DNA of 13,182 bases. Origin: Sulfurimonadaceae bacterium. GTDB lineage: Bacteria; Campylobacterota; Campylobacteria; Campylobacterales; Sulfurimonadaceae. The position numbers and the translations under genes are program-made. The notes under the pieces were generated by a model. The model saw only the letters and a list, made by a program, of their open reading frames with translations. It did no database searches and was not told the DNA's origin. The DNA lies in the NCBI GenBank assembly GCA_041548245.1, contig JBFESZ010000057.1, forward strand, positions 1-13,182, written 5' to 3'. Shown one piece after another: positions 8,064 through 13,182 of the stretch. Position 1 is the first letter of the stretch. The number at the start of each line of letters is the position of its first letter.

Positions 8064-8066
8064 ACG

Positions 8067-8681
8067 ATGTTTACAGGTCTAATCAGAGAGATGGCAACGG
8101 TTCAGGAGTATAAGAACAATCAACTTACCCTTCAGTCGCAATACCGTCCAAAGATCGGAGACTCCATCGCAATTAACGGAGCGTGTCTGACAGTCATCAA
8201 GCTTATGCCCGGCAGTTTTACCGTTGAACTCTCTCCTGAGACGCAGGCTTACATCGCGACGCAGAACCTAAAAGGAAAAGTCCATATGGAACCGGCCATG
8301 CAGATGGGGGATCGTTTTGAAGGGCATATTGTTCAGGGCCATGTCGATTGTATCGGCGTAATAAGCAAAATACAAAATAATGGCAATTCGACTGACTTTT
8401 ATATCCGCATCCCCCAAGAACACAGGCAGTTCTTGATCCCCAAAGGCTCTGTTACTGTCGATGGCGTCAGCCTAACCATTAATGATGTAAACGAAGATGG
8501 ATTCAGACTTACTATTATCCCCCATACGTTAAAAGAGACACTTTTTTCACAATATACGACCGGATACAAAGTCAACATTGAAACGGACATGTTTGCACGC
8601 TACATCTTTCATCTTTTCAATCCTGAAAAGAAAAAACCTCTCTCATGGGATGAGATCGATAAGATAAGTGCACTCTATTAA
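8067..8681 (+). CDS. ribE: Riboflavin synthase (alpha chain)
   Basis: MFTGLI N-terminus, GDSIAINGACLTV, GHIVQGHVD, KGSVTVDGVSLT, IIPHT and VNIETD. AGGA lies upstream. Confidence 0.97.
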   Translation: MFTGLIREMATVQEYKNNQLTLQSQYRPKIGDSIAINGACLTVIKLMPGSFTVELSPETQAYIATQNLKGKVHMEPAMQMGDRFEGHIVQGHVDCIGVISKIQNNGNSTDFYIRIPQEHRQFLIPKGSVTVDGVSLTINDVNEDGFRLTIIPHTLKETLFSQYTTGYKVNIETDMFARYIFHLFNPEKKKPLSWDEIDKISALY

Positions 8682-8684
8682 GTC

Positions 8685-8954
8685 ATGAAAAAATCATCCG
8701 TTCCACTTAAAGCAGCTGCATTAAAATATGACCAAGGCAAAAACAGTGCCCCTGAACTTTTAGCTAAAGGACAAGGCGAAATCGCCCAAAAGATCCTCCG
8801 GCTTGCACAAGAACACGATATCTCCGTCTTTCAAAATAAAGCATTGGTCGATTCACTGCTTAACCTTGAGATTCATGAAGAGATTCCACCCCGTCTATAT
8901 ACAGCTGTTGCGGAGCTTTTCTCATGGTTGATGAAGGTTGAGAAAGAAAACTAA
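8685..8954 (+). CDS. FlhB C-terminal-domain-like protein (EscU/YscU/HrcU family; FlhX/HP1575-like)
   Basis: AAALKYD...APELLAKGQGEIAQKI...EIPPRLYTAVAELF matches the FlhB-CC fragment; 89 aa with no transmembrane domain. Confidence 0.88.
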   Translation: MKKSSVPLKAAALKYDQGKNSAPELLAKGQGEIAQKILRLAQEHDISVFQNKALVDSLLNLEIHEEIPPRLYTAVAELFSWLMKVEKEN

Positions 8955-8958
8955 ACGG

Positions 8959-9702
8959 CTAGTCTTTTAAAGAGCTAACGCCCGGATTACATGCCATTTT
9001 ATGCTCTACATCAACACTCTCGTATCTGCTCAATAATGATTTAGATGCTAGGGTCGATGCACGGACCCCCTCACCTTTGTACAGATATACTTTCAGTCCA
9101 TTCTCATGTAAGGCTATACGTGTTGGCAAGGCAATAGAATATGTCGTCAGGAGCGCATCTTCATGCATAAGTGCGACAATATCCTTAAAGTATTCACTTG
9201 TCCACAACATAGGATTGCTGCTGGGGCTGAAAGCATCTTGATAGACGATGTCAAACTTTGTCCGCGTCTCTTTTACAAACTTTCTTGCATCTCCTAGATA
9301 GAGAACTATTGTAAGCTTCTGAGACACATAGCTTCCCTTCTCACTTAGCGAAGCGATAATCTCTTTAAAAACATCAAATTCTGGGGGATACTTAAACTCT
9401 TTTAATGAGGCGATGAGTTCTTTGTCAAACTCAGGTGAGTAGATCGTGACCTTTTTTTTACTCTCTTTTAGTGCATACAAAGTAGATAGAGTATTAAATC
9501 CCAGACCAAAACATATATCTAAGATCGTGATCTCGTCTTTATCGGCAGTATGTTCCAAGGCAGGGAGTACGTGCTTTGAAAGAGACTCCTTTAGCGCCCC
9601 GTCCTTAGTGGAATGATAATGCTCATCGAACTGTGTGCTATAAGCTGTATATGAGCCGTCATCACTCCGAATGGCCTGATGTGAAGAGGAGTCAAAACCC
9701 AT
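8959..9702 (-). CDS. mnmD: Stand-alone tRNA (5-methylaminomethyl-2-thiouridine)(34)-methyltransferase MnmD (MnmC methyltransferase domain only)
   Basis: DDGSYTAYS..FDEHYHS, SAM motif ILDICFGLGFN, GDA, YQDAFSP..NPMLW and LTTYS. No FAD-oxidase domain. Confidence 0.85.
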   Translation of the reverse strand: MGFDSSSHQAIRSDDGSYTAYSTQFDEHYHSTKDGALKESLSKHVLPALEHTADKDEITILDICFGLGFNTLSTLYALKESKKKVTIYSPEFDKELIASLKEFKYPPEFDVFKEIIASLSEKGSYVSQKLTIVLYLGDARKFVKETRTKFDIVYQDAFSPSSNPMLWTSEYFKDIVALMHEDALLTTYSIALPTRIALHENGLKVYLYKGEGVRASTLASKSLLSRYESVDVEHKMACNPGVSSLKD

Positions 9703-9712
9703 TAAAGCCCAC

Positions 9713-10222
9713 TCAAGCCTGGTTAACCTTGCTTAAATCAAGTTTGATAGCTTCATTATCCATCACACCAATCTCCTGTGCCAGCATATCATCAGCTATC
9801 TTCTTCGCATCTTCAAGGGAGTGCATCTTGTAAGTACCGCATTGATAAATGTTCAACTCTGGTATATCCGATTGACTTTGCACTTTTTTGACATCTTCCA
9901 TCGACTCTTTCCATGCTTTGGCAACCTCTTCTTCACTTGGAGTTCCAATCGTACTCATGTAAAAACCTGTACGACATCCCATAGGAGATACATCAATGAT
10001 CTCCGTCTTATCCGAGTTTAGATGCTCACGGATGAAACCTGCGAAAAGGTGCTCGAGTGTATGGATCCCCGTCGCACTCATCATATCTTTATTTGGTTCA
10101 TAGAACCGGAGATCATATACCGTAATATCATCCCCTGATGGTGTCTTCATCTTTTTTGCAAGACGGACAGCCGGTGCTTTCATAATCGTATGATCAACGG
10201 TAAAACTGTCTAATAGAGGCAT
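9713..10222 (-). CDS. luxS: S-ribosylhomocysteine lyase LuxS
   Basis: [11 protein letters not shown], metal motif [16 protein letters not shown] and QCG. AAGGA lies 6 nt upstream of the ATG. Confidence 0.98.
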   Translation of the reverse strand: MPLLDSFTVDHTIMKAPAVRLAKKMKTPSGDDITVYDLRFYEPNKDMMSATGIHTLEHLFAGFIREHLNSDKTEIIDVSPMGCRTGFYMSTIGTPSEEEVAKAWKESMEDVKKVQSQSDIPELNIYQCGTYKMHSLEDAKKIADDMLAQEIGVMDNEAIKLDLSKVNQA

Positions 10223-10260
10223 TGTATTTCCTTGAATGTTTGTTGTAGTAATGGTAGCAG

Positions 10261-10266
10261 ATTATA
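10261..10266 (-). promoter_or_regulatory. Putative -10 (TATAAT) for luxS-mnmD
   Basis: ATTATA on the plus strand reads TATAAT on the minus strand, about 40 nt upstream of the luxS ATG, with A/T tracts further upstream. Confidence 0.5.
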
Positions 10267-10304
10267 TTTAAATGGCGGCTAATGTGATTTAAAAAGAAAA
10301 ACTT

Positions 10305-10952
10305 TTAAAGAGTGTTTTTCTTTAATTTGGAAATATACTTCACCGCTTCCAAGGCATTGGCTTCAATGATATCGGTCAAGGTCGATAACTGTTCATGTTT
10401 ATCATACCCTGACGTCACAGCTACAGACTTAATTCCCGCATTATGAGCTGCAGCGATATCAAGTCGGGTATCGCCTATCATCCAGCACTCATCTCTGTTA
10501 CATTGCATCATATTGATAGCCTTGTCAATCGGTTCAGAATGCGGCTTGGGGTTTTGGACATGCTCTCTGCCGATTAAGACTTCAAAGGCATCCATGACAC
10601 CAAAATGCTCTAAAAGCTCACGTGAATACTCCCCTGTCTTTGTCGTAACCACTCCAAGACGCGCAATTTTCCTTGCTTCAGTGATGGCTTCGACTGCATA
10701 CTCTAATAGTACCGTTTTCTGTGTTGATATCTTTCGATAATGTTCTTTGTAGGTGTGTACGAAGTCCCATACTTTTGCTTCTTCAATGCCCAGATCAGCA
10801 TACATCACATCAAGCGGATGCCCTATCAGTGCCTTAATCTCTTCATCACTAGGGTGCCTGTGTTTGTAAACATCAAAAGAGTTGTGAAAACTCTCCAATA
10901 TCGCCTCAGTCGAGTCTATCAATGTCCCATCCAGATCAAATAAAATTGTCAT
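10305..10952 (-). CDS. HAD-superfamily hydrolase (phosphoglycolate phosphatase-like, subfamily IA)
   Basis: Motif I FDLDGTLIDS, motif II VVTTK, motif III KPHSEP and motif IV MIGDTRLD. A GAGGA SD lies inside the end of the upstream gene. Confidence 0.9.
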   Translation of the reverse strand: MTILFDLDGTLIDSTEAILESFHNSFDVYKHRHPSDEEIKALIGHPLDVMYADLGIEEAKVWDFVHTYKEHYRKISTQKTVLLEYAVEAITEARKIARLGVVTTKTGEYSRELLEHFGVMDAFEVLIGREHVQNPKPHSEPIDKAINMMQCNRDECWMIGDTRLDIAAAHNAGIKSVAVTSGYDKHEQLSTLTDIIEANALEAVKYISKLKKNTL

Positions 10953-10959
10953 ACTATTG

Positions 10960-12465
10960 CTAATCCTCTATCTTCCACTCTATCTGGTTATGCCAGAATC
11001 CATTGATCGTCGGTTCGATCGGGGTGATCTTTTTGTTAATCACATTGATACTGTTCGGAATATATAAGAACAGATAAGCATTGTCGGCAACCACCCGTTC
11101 AAATATCTCTTTTTGGACAACGGATAGCTTTTCCCTATCAACCAGTCCCTCCGCCTTTTTGATAAGCCTATCCACACTCTCATTCTTGTAACCGATAAAA
11201 TTAAAGGCCCCCGGCTTATCATTGTCAGAATGCCAGACAAGGTAAGGATCTGGACTCAATGAAAGCGACCAGCCTAAAAGAACCGTTTCAAACTCTCTTG
11301 GAAAGACCACCATATTCAAAAAAGCCTGCCACTCCATCACACGAAGTTTTACCTGAACACCTATTTTTACCAATTGGTGTTGAATGATCTGAGCCGCATA
11401 CGGACGGACTTCCGAAGAGTTGGAAGTCGCTATCTCAAAGACAAAAGGATTGTTCTCATCATAACCCGCTTCTTCAAGCAATTTTTTTGCCCGTACCCTG
11501 TCTGCAGATGGAGCCTTTACATTATCATTAAAAGCTGTACCACCCGGTAAGAATGGACCGGTACAGACCTGTCCGTGTCCCAAGAAAAGAATATCAACCA
11601 GTTCCTGTCTGTTTATCCCAAGGGAAAGTGCTTCACGTACACGCTTGTCTTTAAACTTATCATGCCTTAGATTGAATCCAAGATAGGTATACGAATGTGA
11701 TATCTGTTCAATACGCTGAAAATAGCGAAAAAATTCATCATTCACCTGTCTATCAAGCTGCATAGGTTCAAGTGAACCTATATCAATCTGCCTGGATTTC
11801 AGCATCAAAAACCGTGTTGTCGGGTCCGCAATGACATGAAAAGATATCTTCTCGATATAGGGCTTATGCTCAAAATACTCATCAAAAGCTGTTAATTCAA
11901 TATTTTTTGAGAACTCCAGTTTACTCAACCTGTATGGACCGGTTCCAATCGGATGCGTGTTAAAGGATGAACCCATGACATTCTCTTCATGCTCTAACAG
12001 ATGTTTGGGGACTATCTGCATCATCCATGTTTCCAATGCCTTGAAATATGGCTTTTTATAGATGACTTCAACCCTGTACCTATCCAGAGCTTTGACAGAT
12101 TTCACCATTCTGAATGTGGAGGTATAGGGAGTAACGACCTTTGGAGAGTGGATAAGCTCAAAGGTAAAGACGACATCCTCTGCACTAAACTCGATTCCAT
12201 CATGCCATTTAACACCCTTACGAAGGTCAAATATGAGCGTTGTATCATTTTCAAAACGATATGACTCAGCCAGATCCCCGACAATGTTCTTTCCCTCTTT
12301 GTCATATTTCACAAGAGCATTAAAAATAAAACCGGCGATCTCCGAACTTCCAGCATCTGTCGCCAAAAGCGGGTTAAGTCGTGAAGGGTTGGATGATGTA
12401 CTCAGATGAAGCGTCTGTGCGTGCGATAACACGCTCAATAAAACAAGTATTAAAAATGATTTCAT
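10960..12465 (-). CDS. Periplasmic solute-binding protein family 5 (DppA/OppA/AppA-like peptide-binding protein)
   Basis: Sec signal MKSFLILVLLSVLSHA, plus LAES, LRKGVKWHDG..FSAEDVVFT, PIGTGPY and F.D.RVREALSLGINR family-5 motifs. Confidence 0.92.
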   Translation of the reverse strand: MKSFLILVLLSVLSHAQTLHLSTSSNPSRLNPLLATDAGSSEIAGFIFNALVKYDKEGKNIVGDLAESYRFENDTTLIFDLRKGVKWHDGIEFSAEDVVFTFELIHSPKVVTPYTSTFRMVKSVKALDRYRVEVIYKKPYFKALETWMMQIVPKHLLEHEENVMGSSFNTHPIGTGPYRLSKLEFSKNIELTAFDEYFEHKPYIEKISFHVIADPTTRFLMLKSRQIDIGSLEPMQLDRQVNDEFFRYFQRIEQISHSYTYLGFNLRHDKFKDKRVREALSLGINRQELVDILFLGHGQVCTGPFLPGGTAFNDNVKAPSADRVRAKKLLEEAGYDENNPFVFEIATSNSSEVRPYAAQIIQHQLVKIGVQVKLRVMEWQAFLNMVVFPREFETVLLGWSLSLSPDPYLVWHSDNDKPGAFNFIGYKNESVDRLIKKAEGLVDREKLSVVQKEIFERVVADNAYLFLYIPNSINVINKKITPIEPTINGFWHNQIEWKIED

Positions 12466-12471
12466 GCCGTA

Positions 12472-12479
12472 ATTATAGC
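12472..12479 (-). promoter_or_regulatory. Extended -10 (gcTATAAT) placed for leaderless transcription of the solute-binding protein gene
   Basis: The minus strand reads cgcTATAATtacggcATG, with 6 nt between the hexamer and the ATG and no SD. Confidence 0.65.
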
Positions 12480-12521
12480 GAGTTGTTGCGGGGAAAAAAG
12501 AAGTTGATATGATGAAGCCTG

Positions 12522-12552
12522 GCAGGACTCTTCTGATTCACGAGAAGCCTGC
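12522..12552 (-). terminator. Possible terminator or 3'-end stem-loop after the chemoreceptor gene
   Basis: Minus strand GCAGG-CTTCT-(8 nt loop)-AGAAG-agt-CCTGC gives a 10-bp stem with a 3-nt bulge, 12 nt after the stop. The U-tract is about 20 nt downstream rather than adjacent. Confidence 0.4.
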
Positions 12553-12564
12553 TGTAAAACCTGA

Positions 12565-13182
12565 TTAGGTTCTATACTCCTCAAGCATGTTGTTGAGCTT
12601 AGCCGTCATCTGAGACATTTTAGCAGATGCTTCAGTGATTTCATCCACACTTTTTCTATTCTCGGATGAGATCGATTCGATCTGTGCTACTTTGGCTATC
12701 ATCGACTGTACCGTCTCAGAGTTGGAGATGTAACCCGTCACTGTCTCGTCAACCTGATCAATAGAACGCTCAATTGACTCAACGCTGGTATTGATTTCCG
12801 TCTCTACATTGTTCGCATACTCAGATAGGTGTTCAATTTCTTTGGCATTTGAACTGATATGCTCGCTGGCATCGATAACAGACTGGACAATGACACCGAT
12901 GGTCGCATTGATCTCAGAAAGCGATTTTTGCGTACGCTCGGCAAGCTTGCGCACTTCATCAGCAACAACCGCAAAACCGCGACCGTGTTCACCCGCACGA
13001 GCCGCTTCAATCGCTGCATTAAGAGCCAGAAGATTTGTTTGCTCTGCAATATCCGAGATTACGGTCAAGACCTCTTTGACCTGTGTCACATCTGAACTTA
13101 ACTGCTCTAGCCTCTGAGCAAGCTCAACTTCTTCACGTGCTCTCACCTGGACCTCGTTGGCCAAGTGGATGATCTGATCATT
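12565..13182 (-). CDS. Methyl-accepting chemotaxis protein, C-terminal signalling domain; 5' part lies outside the window
   Basis: Hallmark [40 protein letters not shown]. The frame stays open to the window edge ([12 protein letters not shown]), so the TTG at 13164 is internal. Confidence 0.95.
   Translation of the reverse strand, partial: NDQIIHLANEVQVRAREEVELAQRLEQLSSDVTQVKEVLTVISDIAEQTNLLALNAAIEAARAGEHGRGFAVVADEVRKLAERTQKSLSEINATIGVIVQSVIDASEHISSNAKEIEHLSEYANNVETEINTSVESIERSIDQVDETVTGYISNSETVQSMIAKVAQIESISSENRKSVDEITEASAKMSQMTAKLNNMLEEYRT

Noticed and set aside
8040..8066. FMN riboswitch upstream of ribE, or SAM/SAH riboswitch upstream of luxS
   Set aside because: ribE has only a 3-bp intergenic gap and the luxS leader is about 30 nt. 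No aptamer consensus is visible.
10305..10952. HAD as the riboflavin-pathway phosphatase
   Set aside because: It is on the opposite strand and in a different unit from ribE, and HAD substrate cannot be inferred from sequence alone.
5274..13117. Remaining short overlapping ORFs in the track (e.g. 6790-7110, 9633-9833, 12001-12264, 12791-13117)
   Set aside because: They overlap confident genes and have no independent evidence. 12791-13117 is the usual antisense shadow of the MCP signalling domain.
1..13182. CRISPR array, IS or prophage genes, tRNA/rRNA, defence systems, frameshifted pseudogenes
   Set aside because: No spaced repeats, transposase or integrase motifs, or RNA-gene signatures were seen. 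All complete genes have family-typical lengths.

Overview
Gene-dense, mostly housekeeping chromosomal window. It most resembles a Campylobacterota (Epsilonproteobacteria) genome, probably Sulfurimonas-like. This is inferred from protein style, the HQWRQPL kinase H-box, gnTATAAT promoters, AAGGA ribosome-binding sites and the ribE/FlhB-CC gene pair. Gene order: 5'-truncated korA and korB (two-subunit 2-oxoacid:ferredoxin oxidoreductase, +); mnmG (-); a 353-bp divergent intergenic region; a receiver-histidine kinase, a Sel1-repeat protein, a YbiB/TrpD-like protein, riboflavin synthase and a FlhB C-terminal-like protein (all +); then, on the - strand, a 5'-truncated chemoreceptor, an orphan family-5 solute-binding protein, a HAD hydrolase, luxS and a stand-alone MnmD methyltransferase. 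I see no RNA genes, mobile elements, CRISPR arrays or pseudogenes. The best leads are all hypotheses: (1) a chemoreceptor / DppA-like protein / luxS cluster reminiscent of AI-2 chemotaxis; (2) a structured mnmG leader with an SD-preceded upstream ORF overlapping the UUG start; (3) DnaA-box-like motifs near the mnmG promoter; (4) a KorAB architecture atypical for this lineage; (5) a probable leaderless mRNA.
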